DNA of 64,000 nt, taken from contig CAZSZB010000002.1 of NCBI GenBank assembly GCA_964611205.1, positions 74,609 through 138,608 of the forward strand, written 5' to 3'. This document shows, in pieces, positions 56,463 through 64,000 of this stretch (positions are counted from its first letter, which is position 1; every line of letters starts with the position of its first letter). The stretch comes from an uncultured Candidatus Saccharibacteria bacterium (GTDB lineage: Bacteria; Patescibacteriota; Minisyncoccia; Phycocordibacterales; UBA918). The notes beneath the pieces were generated by a model that was given only the letters and a program-made list of their open reading frames with translations, searched no databases and was not told the origin of the DNA. A program made the translations under genes and the position numbers.

Positions 56463-56540
56463 ACTGCATATTATTATCCTATAAACGTTGTTATTGTATC
56501 ATATCTCCTCCAAGCAAAACTATAGTATAGTGATATTAAT

Positions 56541-57431
56541 ATGAACCCTGAAAGAGCCGCCATCAATTCGCTAGATAATAGAAAAAGGATTGACGAGATA
56601 AAAGAAACTGCCCAATTACTACTACCCACTTATGGGAAGATTGCTGAGATTATGGAAAAAATCTCTATCCATCCAGAAAATTTTGAAAACCTATACGGAG
56701 CAGAAACAATTCAAGCTGACAGGCAATACGTAGCAAGAATGAAAGAAAAGTTTAAACAAGAGGACGACGAAGCTGGACCTAACGGTTTAACCAAAGGTGA
56801 TATTAGAAAAATAGCCGAAATTCTAGAGTTTCAAATTATACGTGGCATAAACCAAGGACTATGGTTACCTGGCTGTACTGCCACCAAAACTACTGAGTAT
56901 GACGACATACGACACGGAGTCGATCTTGTATTAACCTACGAGAAAGATTTACGAATAGAAAATATGGGTATTGGAGTCGACGTATCTTTCTCTCACAATC
57001 TACAAAATAAGTTTCAAAGAATAAAAGACGAGATTGATAGCTATGATGCAACGAAAGATGGTCAACTAGGTGTGGTGAAGTATTTTCACCAACGAAAAAC
57101 TGGATTCCGAGGGGAACTAAGTAATCTGCCCCGAGTCGTTATAGCTCTTGATATTGGTGTTATGAAGGATCTAGCTCGAGCAAAGGAAGGTGGTAAAGAT
57201 CATATGGCTAGACATTCGATTTTATCCGAGATGGAGATGCAATTAGCTGTTTTTGCCGACTATGCACAAAAACAAAACCCCGCTTGTTTAGACCATATAA
57301 TGAGAGCACAAAACTTTGTGCGAGGATTGATTAACGAACTCAACACTAAAGAAATCTTGCAAAATTCTCAATACGAAAAAAATTTTAAAATTCAAGAGGC
57401 CGTTGAAAAAGGACTTTCTCTATTCCGCTAA
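56541..57431 (+). CDS. Hypothetical protein with PD-(D/E)xK-like motif
   Basis: E.LE...TTEYDDIRHGVDLVL...IGVDVS pattern. Confidence 0.6.
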   Translation: MNPERAAINSLDNRKRIDEIKETAQLLLPTYGKIAEIMEKISIHPENFENLYGAETIQADRQYVARMKEKFKQEDDEAGPNGLTKGDIRKIAEILEFQIIRGINQGLWLPGCTATKTTEYDDIRHGVDLVLTYEKDLRIENMGIGVDVSFSHNLQNKFQRIKDEIDSYDATKDGQLGVVKYFHQRKTGFRGELSNLPRVVIALDIGVMKDLARAKEGGKDHMARHSILSEMEMQLAVFADYAQKQNPACLDHIMRAQNFVRGLINELNTKEILQNSQYEKNFKIQEAVEKGLSLFR

Positions 57432-57534
57432 ATATAGACTTTTGTATTTCTATACACACGTCAAAACTGGTTAACCAAGTGTGACGTATTTGATGATTAT
57501 TGACAAGTCGTACTTCTGAAATTATCATTTATAA

Positions 57535-58221
57535 ATGAAATCAAAATGGTCGGATTTAAAACCTGAAGCAATAAAATTACGAAGGAAAGGATTCTCTATC
57601 GCAGCTGTGGAAAAAACACTTGGTATCCCTCGTTCTACATTAAGCGGATGGTTTAAAGATATTCATCTCACTCCAGAACAAAAAGCTATCCTAGATCAAA
57701 ATTGGAGAAATGGACTTGTGAAAGCGAGGAAAGGTGCTGTTAAGTGGCATAACCAGCAAAAAGAAGCTCGACTTCAAAAAGCACAAGACGATGCTAATTC
57801 TATTGTTAATAAAATTGATACTACCAACAAAGAAACTCTTGAGTTAGCGTTGGCTGTTTTATATCTTGCAGAAGGTTCGAAAAAGAATATAGAAACTGCA
57901 CTGGGAAGCTCCGATTCTATTACTCTACGTTTTTTCTTGACTGCGTTAGAAACATTGTTTGACTTCAATAGAAATTCTGTTCGGTGTGAACTTTATCTCC
58001 GTGCAGACCAAAACCCTGAGGAACTTAAAAAATATTGGGCCAAAGAACTTTCTATACCTTTAGTAAACTTTAAACAAATTAGTGTCGATAAACGGAGCTT
58101 GGGTAAAGAAACTTATGATTACTATAAGGGAGTTTGTAGCCTTCGTTGCGGCAATGTAGCTATCCGTAGACGCTTGGTCTATGTTGCAGAGAAATATTTT
58201 GCTATAATCGGCGGGGAGTAA
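57535..58221 (+). CDS. HTH + LAGLIDADG-like protein abutting tRNA-Val
   Basis: AIKLRRKGFSIAAVEKTLGIPRSTLSGW HTH; LAVLYLAEGSK single LAGLIDADG-like motif; SSDS..LRFF; stop codon 1 nt before tRNA. Confidence 0.72.
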   Translation: MKSKWSDLKPEAIKLRRKGFSIAAVEKTLGIPRSTLSGWFKDIHLTPEQKAILDQNWRNGLVKARKGAVKWHNQQKEARLQKAQDDANSIVNKIDTTNKETLELALAVLYLAEGSKKNIETALGSSDSITLRFFLTALETLFDFNRNSVRCELYLRADQNPEELKKYWAKELSIPLVNFKQISVDKRSLGKETYDYYKGVCSLRCGNVAIRRRLVYVAEKYFAIIGGE

Positions 58222-58222
58222 T

Positions 58223-58294
58223 GCGCGATTAGCTCAGTGGTAGAGCGCTCCGTTGACATCGGAGAGGTCGAAAGTTCAATTCTTTCATCGCGCA
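58223..58294 (+). tRNA. tRNA-Val(GAC)
   Basis: gcgcgat/atcgcgc, ctccg-TTGACAT-cggag, gaaag-TTCAATT-ctttc. Confidence 0.95.
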
Positions 58295-58306
58295 CAAATC
58301 ATAAAT

Positions 58307-59170
58307 ATGGAACAACCACTTAAAGACATTGTTATTATCTACCACGCGGATTGTCGTGATGGTTTTGGGGCGGCTTATGCAGCTTGGAAAAAATTTGGCG
58401 ATAATGCTTCCTATATACCAAGCAGGGCGGGTGACGAAGAGCTCCCCGATGGCCTTACAAATAAAGAAATCTATATTGTTGACTATTCTTATAAAAAAGA
58501 AACATTGCAACAGCTTTTGGATACAAACAAATCCGTAGTTGTTATTGATCACCACCAAACAGCCCGAGAAGCAGTCGAGAGCTTTAGCCAAAACATTTTT
58601 GACAACGACCATTCAGGAGCCGTGCTAGCTTGGCAGTACTTCCACCCTGACACAACTATACCTCCGCTCCTTGAATATGTAGAAGACCATGATTTATGGC
58701 GCTTTGCCCTACCAGAAAACCGGGAGTTTAATGTCGCCCTAGGAGAGTACCCGATGACTTTTGAAAGCTGGGATAAGCTCATCGCAGATTTAAAGAACAC
58801 CGACAATCTTATCAATTTTATTGCCAAAGGTTCCCTCTTAGCCAAGTTTGAAGATAAGTTAGTCGCTCGACTTATGATGTACAAAGAACGAGTACTTTTT
58901 GAAGGATACGAAGTCTGGGCTATCAACGCTTCACGAATCTACCGTTCTATTCTCGGAAACCAGCTAGCTGAACTGAACTTAGCAGAAGAACAAGAACCGA
59001 TTGGTATAGTGTATTATCACGGCAATGGCGGGGTAAATATTTCGTTGCGCAGCATCGGAGAAACAGACGTAGCAGCCATCGCTGAGAAATACGGTGGTGG
59101 CGGACATAAGAACGCCGCCGGTATCGAGGTAGCGAATTTCTCAGAGCTCCCTTTTACCTTTCTCTCTTAA
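58307..59170 (+). CDS. DHH/DHHA1 family phosphoesterase
   Basis: YHADCRDG, IVDYS, IDHH, SGA, GGGGHKNAAG; ATG 58307 preferred because the longer ORF overlaps the tRNA. Confidence 0.9.
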   Translation: MEQPLKDIVIIYHADCRDGFGAAYAAWKKFGDNASYIPSRAGDEELPDGLTNKEIYIVDYSYKKETLQQLLDTNKSVVVIDHHQTAREAVESFSQNIFDNDHSGAVLAWQYFHPDTTIPPLLEYVEDHDLWRFALPENREFNVALGEYPMTFESWDKLIADLKNTDNLINFIAKGSLLAKFEDKLVARLMMYKERVLFEGYEVWAINASRIYRSILGNQLAELNLAEEQEPIGIVYYHGNGGVNISLRSIGETDVAAIAEKYGGGGHKNAAGIEVANFSELPFTFLS

Positions 59171-59244
59171 AATTACCAAACTAATCCCCACCCTCTACCT
59201 AAGAAAAGCCTTTACTTTTCTTAGATAATTGCTAATATGAAAAA

Positions 59245-59428
59245 GTTCGCAGGAGGATATTGGACGAAAGAGTCGCGGCCGCGACCACAAACCAGAATCC
59301 TCACGGAAGACGCTGTGTTGAGCATCGCTATAGCCCATCCCCTTGGGCGAACCCCCTGCTCTCTCGGTTACTGATCCTTTTTGGGTCGGTGCTATGGTCA
59401 TAAATCCGTGGAGAATCCTCCTGCGAAC
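59245..59428 (+). ncRNA. Unassigned structured RNA (~184 nt; 6S-like size)
   Basis: GC-rich island closed by a perfect 14-bp stem gttcgcaggaggat/atcctcctgcgaac, with internal stems and a terminator-like aaagacc...ggtcttttttt at 59432-59463. Confidence 0.6.
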
Positions 59429-59484
59429 ACCAAAGACCCTGTCTAGTGCATGGTCTTTTTTTTATTTATTGTTATAGTAACCGG

Positions 59485-60663
59485 ATGAAAATTCTCGCTA
59501 TCGAAACCAGTTGCGACGAGACAGCTATCAGTATTATAGAAGCTACCGGCGACTTCCCTGATGCTACCTACGAAGTGCTTGGCAACGCTCTTCATTCCCA
59601 AATAGCTATCCACGTTGAATACGGTGGAGTTTTTCCAGCCTTAGCTAAACGTGAACACGCCAAAAAATTGGTTCCGATGTTGACACAAGCCCTGAGTGAG
59701 GCGGAACTACTAGAAGAAGGCGATCATAACCTCACAAACGAGCAAACCGAGAAAATCAGTACCATACTCTACCGCGAACCAGACCTCAGTGAGACAATGT
59801 TGGAGTTTTTTAATAAATACGAACAACCTGAATTTGACTTAATCGCTGTTACCTCGGGACCAGGTCTTGAGCCAGCTTTGTGGGTTGGAGTGAATTTTGC
59901 CAAAACCTTAGCTGCTATCTGGAACACGCCGGTCGTGCCCGTAAACCATATGGAAGGTCATATTTTAGCCTCTATTTTCGACATCGAACGTGATGATCAG
60001 TTAGCAGAAATAAGCTTGCCGGCCATTTCTTTATTGATTTCTGGTGGGCACACTGAACTAATTTTAATGAACGAATGGGGTCATTATGAAAAAATCGGGC
60101 AAACCCTAGATGACGCTGTTGGCGAAGCTTATGATAAGGTAGCTCGGATGATGGATATTCCTTATCCAGGCGGACCAGAAATCGGTCGCTTAGCTGGATT
60201 AGCAAGACAACAAAAGCTACCTACCTACGCCGATCTTCCTCGTCCGATGTTGAACTCAGATGATTTAAACTTCTCTTTCTCAGGCCTAAAAACAGCCGTT
60301 CGGTACAAAGTTGCTGACCAAGTATTAACTGGAGAGGAAAAACAAGCTTTAGCTAGAGATTTTGAAGACGCTGTGACGGAAGTGTTACTTAAAAAAGCCG
60401 CACGGGCTCTAACTGAATATGGTGCAAAAACCTTCATTGTTGGAGGTGGAGTAAGTGCCAACCAACATCTGCGTCAAAGTTTTAATGCAAAACTACTTGA
60501 AAGTCATCCAGACGTAACAGTCTATTTTCCTCACAGAGCTATGTCGACTGATAACTCAGTAATGATAGCTTTAGCTGGACACGCTCGGGCAGCGGGTGCT
60601 TTAGCACCCGCTGCCGGCCAACTAATCAAAGCCGACGGTAACCGATCCCTAGCTACCGAATAA
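59485..60663 (+). CDS. tsaD: tRNA t6A37 synthesis protein TsaD
   Basis: ILAIETSCDET, GPGL, NHMEGH, SGGHT, DDAVGEAYDK, FSFSGLKT, TDN; ATG 59485. Confidence 0.97.
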   Translation: MKILAIETSCDETAISIIEATGDFPDATYEVLGNALHSQIAIHVEYGGVFPALAKREHAKKLVPMLTQALSEAELLEEGDHNLTNEQTEKISTILYREPDLSETMLEFFNKYEQPEFDLIAVTSGPGLEPALWVGVNFAKTLAAIWNTPVVPVNHMEGHILASIFDIERDDQLAEISLPAISLLISGGHTELILMNEWGHYEKIGQTLDDAVGEAYDKVARMMDIPYPGGPEIGRLAGLARQQKLPTYADLPRPMLNSDDLNFSFSGLKTAVRYKVADQVLTGEEKQALARDFEDAVTEVLLKKAARALTEYGAKTFIVGGGVSANQHLRQSFNAKLLESHPDVTVYFPHRAMSTDNSVMIALAGHARAAGALAPAAGQLIKADGNRSLATE

Positions 60664-60688
60664 ACGTCAAGGATTTATTCTGAATATC

Positions 60689-62170
60689 TTAATCCAAAAT
60701 CAGCAACAATAAAGAAGCAATTGCTATCCCGAAAAACGGCCACCAAACACACGGAAATCCGAAAAATAGTGAGGTGAGAGTGAATAACAGTGCCCAAGCA
60801 CCGAAATAGATATTCCTCGAGCGAGAATCCCAAAAAGTTTGGCTAATATAGTGAGCTCGATAATCATAAGCTGTCATAACTACCCAAGCAAAAAGGAATA
60901 CGTACCAAATATAGCCAATTATATTCAACCAATAAGATACCAGCAGAAGAACCGTATAGACAGCAGAGAAAATTAATTGCCGGTTGAAAAATGGTCTAAA
61001 TTCAGAATGTTCGCGATTCAGACGATCAGCCAATACACTCCACGTCAGAGAAATAAATATTAAAATCAGTAGCCATATCAGAGTACACACACCCGTCTCT
61101 GAGAGCGGAGAATCATCCAACCAGTCAGTTATTCCTTTAACCATACCGTCTACTTTACCTTCATCAGTAGTCTCGGTGTCGGTATTTGTTGCTGCTCCTA
61201 ACACCGCTCCAGCCGGCAAGGTAGAACCAAAACCATCTCCACTACCTGCGAAGAAATTTGTACTAGCTCCCGCCACTGCACCTCCTGGAATAATAAAACG
61301 CAAAGCTTTACCAACACTAAAATCATCATCAGTATCTTCCCTGCTAGCTGGTCGACATTCATAAGTACCAGACTCTCCCACCGTGACTATCACTATATGT
61401 TCTTCACTATCATTCTCCCGCTCAGCTACAGCAAACTCATAACCAAAGTATGGTTCGGTTGGATTAAGGTCAAAAGGTCCGTTGGCAAGATTTCCACAAA
61501 CCAAATAGGTGGTAGCTCCTCTATTAGTCTGCCAAGCAATAGTAGCACTGCTGTCTAAAGGATTTACCGCTACAACTGTTTCGTTAAACAGTCTAAAATT
61601 ACTTGTTCCGCCACCTCCTGTACCACCGCCACCACCGCCTGGAGGTGTTGTAATCGTCGTGGTAGAGGTATCTCCATCATCACAAAGTACGCTACCGCCA
61701 GAAAAACCAACACACAAACCGAAGCCCATAGTTTTAACCTGATAACTATTATCTGTGGCAGTATCCAGAGAAGCCGTGAAATTATAAGTGCGCGACTGTC
61801 CAGCTGATAGAGTTCCTAAAGGAATAGCTGGCCCAGAAAATAAGCTAGCAAAATAATCGTTGTAGTAATTACTGGTCGGACCATCGACTTCTAAACGCAT
61901 AACAGCTGCTAAACCATCGGAGTATTCGTCTTTAGTATCAAAGTAAACAGACTCATTATTTGGACCATTGTTAACGACAGTAACGGTACGTGAGGTACTG
62001 AGACCAGGCGCAACATTTACATCATAAAAAAGAGGGTCGTTTTGGAAACTCACATTCAATCCAGCCGCGTTAGCGATGGTTGTGAGACCAAAAAGTAATA
62101 AGAATAAAGTGCTGTAGATAACTATCTTTGGTTGTAGGAGAATCTTTATCATAATCTTATTCTGTCTCAT
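60689..62170 (-). CDS. TasA/camelysin-like domain + Fn3-like domain, C-terminal multi-TM anchor
   Basis: NVAPG.STSRTVTVVNNG...L.AGQSRTY.F...DNSYQ; Gly-rich linker; ATIAWQTN; several C-terminal TM helices. Confidence 0.6.
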   Translation of the reverse strand: MRQNKIMIKILLQPKIVIYSTLFLLLFGLTTIANAAGLNVSFQNDPLFYDVNVAPGLSTSRTVTVVNNGPNNESVYFDTKDEYSDGLAAVMRLEVDGPTSNYYNDYFASLFSGPAIPLGTLSAGQSRTYNFTASLDTATDNSYQVKTMGFGLCVGFSGGSVLCDDGDTSTTTITTPPGGGGGGTGGGGTSNFRLFNETVVAVNPLDSSATIAWQTNRGATTYLVCGNLANGPFDLNPTEPYFGYEFAVAERENDSEEHIVIVTVGESGTYECRPASREDTDDDFSVGKALRFIIPGGAVAGASTNFFAGSGDGFGSTLPAGAVLGAATNTDTETTDEGKVDGMVKGITDWLDDSPLSETGVCTLIWLLILIFISLTWSVLADRLNREHSEFRPFFNRQLIFSAVYTVLLLVSYWLNIIGYIWYVFLFAWVVMTAYDYRAHYISQTFWDSRSRNIYFGAWALLFTLTSLFFGFPCVWWPFFGIAIASLLLLILD

Positions 62171-63704
62171 TATTATCTTCCTTAATCACACCCTCTTCCG
62201 GCTTAATTTCTGGAGTTGAGACAGGTACTTTTTCAGCTGGTGGTTTTGTTTCAGCAGCAGCAGTTTCTGAAGGATTACTTTCCGTGGAAGAACCGTCATC
62301 TTTGTCGGTATTTTTATCAGAATTAGATGAACCTTCAGGACTGACATCTCCATCATTAGTTTTTTCATCTTTAAAGACCGGGTCGGTGGTGGTGGAAATG
62401 TCACCATTATCTTTGATATCTTCGGCAGAATCATTGATGATGTCGTCGGTTGTAGTGGCAGTAGTTGTAGCTACTGCGGTAGAAGGCTGTGTAGTCGTCG
62501 CTGTAGTTGAAGTACCAGTATCACTCGCCTTCTTGGTAGATGTAGCGGTAGAAGTGCCGTTATCAGCCTCCAAGAACTTAAATTTCGGCTCTCCAGCCTC
62601 ACCTAGATGTTCAACCTCTCTTCCTAACACAGCGTCGATATCAGCCTGACTCCAGCCTGCAGTCTCCAACTCCTCACGAGTAGCGGTATTAGGTGTGCCA
62701 GGGGTTGGAACCGGATCTACCCACACCGAACCATCCGGGATACGAGCAATAGATTTGCCTTTTGGAGTTAATGTATAGGTATAAGAATCAAGCAAAGTAC
62801 TAGATGTGTTATAGAGAGTTACCGTATCGCCACTATCATTTAGCCGACTGCTCACACAAAATTCTATAAGCAAACGGCCACCGGCTGGTATATTAGTACT
62901 AGCGGCGTTATACGGTCGGGCAAAGCCAATTTTTGAGTTAGATTGGCAGGTGTTTGATAGTGAAATTATATGTAGTTGCTCACTACTACTACCTGCAGTC
63001 TCTCCAATACTCCACCCTTCAACATCTATCGAAGTCTCCGTTCCGTTATACAATTCGACCCATTCTCTTTCCAGAGGAGCGGATAAGCTATTATCAGGGT
63101 TAGGGTAAATCTCATTTAACACCACGTTGCTAGTAGTTTGGGGACCAACAGCTTCCGTTGCTGTCACAGTCATACTGAAAGTTGTAGTAGCCGTAAAACC
63201 ACCTGACACATCATCACTAAACTCATTCTGCCAAGCTGTTACATTCACCACAAAATCACAGGTTTCATTTTGCACCGCTGAAAAAGAAGAAGTGGCGTTA
63301 ATCGCAACCGACCAAGTACCGCCCGTGGTCGAAGTAGCCAAAAGTGAGTTAGCGAAACCGTCGTAGACTACCGTTCCTTTGGTAACCGTCATAGCTAAAT
63401 TATTCCAAAAACCAGCTTTACAATTGGTTGGTACAGCTTCTATTCGATACTGCTCGTTCACTGAGCCAGTGTTGGTTGTATTGAAAGTAAAATTATCACC
63501 GAATGAAGAAGAAATAGCCAAGTTGGACTTATCTGGATTAGCAGTAATAGACAAAGTACCAGCTGAGAAGTTATTCGTCGTCGCTTCGGCTGGGGCGGTG
63601 AAGTAAGCCGCGGCTGGAACAAAACCAACACCAAAGAAAAACATCAAGAAAGCTATCATCATAGCCATTTTTCCTACCCTAATTTGTTGGTTTATTTTAT
63701 TCAT
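62157..63704 (-). CDS. SipW-type signal peptide protein with TasA-like and lamin-tail domains
   Basis: AAAYFT.....NNFSAGTLSI; VVLNEIYPNP...EWVELYN...L.DSGDTVTL...SIARIPDG..W...PTPG..N; T/S/D-rich tail. Confidence 0.78.
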   Translation of the reverse strand: MNKINQQIRVGKMAMMIAFLMFFFGVGFVPAAAYFTAPAEATTNNFSAGTLSITANPDKSNLAISSSFGDNFTFNTTNTGSVNEQYRIEAVPTNCKAGFWNNLAMTVTKGTVVYDGFANSLLATSTTGGTWSVAINATSSFSAVQNETCDFVVNVTAWQNEFSDDVSGGFTATTTFSMTVTATEAVGPQTTSNVVLNEIYPNPDNSLSAPLEREWVELYNGTETSIDVEGWSIGETAGSSSEQLHIISLSNTCQSNSKIGFARPYNAASTNIPAGGRLLIEFCVSSRLNDSGDTVTLYNTSSTLLDSYTYTLTPKGKSIARIPDGSVWVDPVPTPGTPNTATREELETAGWSQADIDAVLGREVEHLGEAGEPKFKFLEADNGTSTATSTKKASDTGTSTTATTTQPSTAVATTTATTTDDIINDSAEDIKDNGDISTTTDPVFKDEKTNDGDVSPEGSSNSDKNTDKDDGSSTESNPSETAAAETKPPAEKVPVSTPEIKPEEGVIKEDNNETE

Positions 63705-64000
63705 ACATCATCTGCGATGTTTGTTTCCTCCTCGATTGCTATTTGTTGTCTGCGCAACTCAGCCCTGATTTTTCCGATTTGTTCATGAATAATCAAAACT
63801 GCCGGAATACCAATCAAAAGCAAAAATCCGATTGGTTGGCGAAAAAAACTTAGTACGTAACCTAGATATGGTAGATGTCCCCACATTTTGCCAGAAATTT
63901 CAGCTGGGAAAACTGGGTTTGTGTCGACAGCATCGTTAGCGTCACCTTGAGTGAGAAAAACCTCTTTCCCTTCTTCGATTCTCTCCTCGACAATGCGGTG
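63701..64000 (-). CDS. SipW-type (S26B) signal peptidase, C-terminal part (partial)
   Basis: Open frame from window edge: HRIVEERIEEGKEVFLTQGDANDAVD...GKMWGHLPYLGY followed by a TM helix. Confidence 0.85.
   Translation of the reverse strand, partial: HRIVEERIEEGKEVFLTQGDANDAVDTNPVFPAEISGKMWGHLPYLGYVLSFFRQPIGFLLLIGIPAVLIIHEQIGKIRAELRRQQIAIEEETNIADDV

Noticed and set aside
59245-59431. tmRNA or SRP RNA (sequence ends in ...ACCA)
   Set aside because: No tRNA-Ala-like acceptor/T arm or tag reading frame, and no SRP helix 8 GNRA/AGCAG motif recognised.

Overview
This 64-kb window is chromosomal DNA from a bacterium using genetic code 11. Gene content and style point to Patescibacteria/CPR, Parcubacteria-like (inference): compact housekeeping genes (serS, dprA, topA, rel, parB, miaA, clpB, iscS, infB, rbfA, gyrA, rpsA, pth, lepB, rpsU, ybeY, ftsA, ftsZ, trxB, glmS, tsaD), VirB2/TrbC-like pilins, a giant surface protein, and short leaders that mostly lack a Shine-Dalgarno. 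It carries nine intact tRNA genes (none encodes CCA), RNase P RNA and an unassigned ~185-nt structured RNA. The strongest unexplained signal is non-coding. Six of the nine tRNAs (Trp, Tyr, Leu-TAG, Lys-CTT, Leu-TAA, Glu) are wrapped in direct and inverted fragments of themselves, interrupted at recurrent D-loop and T-arm positions by hairpins. Three different tRNAs share one cassette, AAAAGGTT-[hairpin]-AACCTRTACAGAA, followed by exactly 9 nt and then the T-loop (TTCAAGTCC) of a duplicated tRNA 3' end. The hairpins show compensatory changes, inverted loops and a shared YGGKR pentaloop. No integrase or transposase is visible, but two of the three tRNAs without such arrays (Leu-CAA, Val) are abutted by LAGLIDADG-type genes. 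Other highlights: families of loop-less perfect palindromes, a 1960-aa protein with SleB-like and M23 peptidoglycan-hydrolase motifs, a SipW + TasA-like operon and a degenerate HisRS paralog. All calls are from reading the sequence and ORF track; no searches were run.
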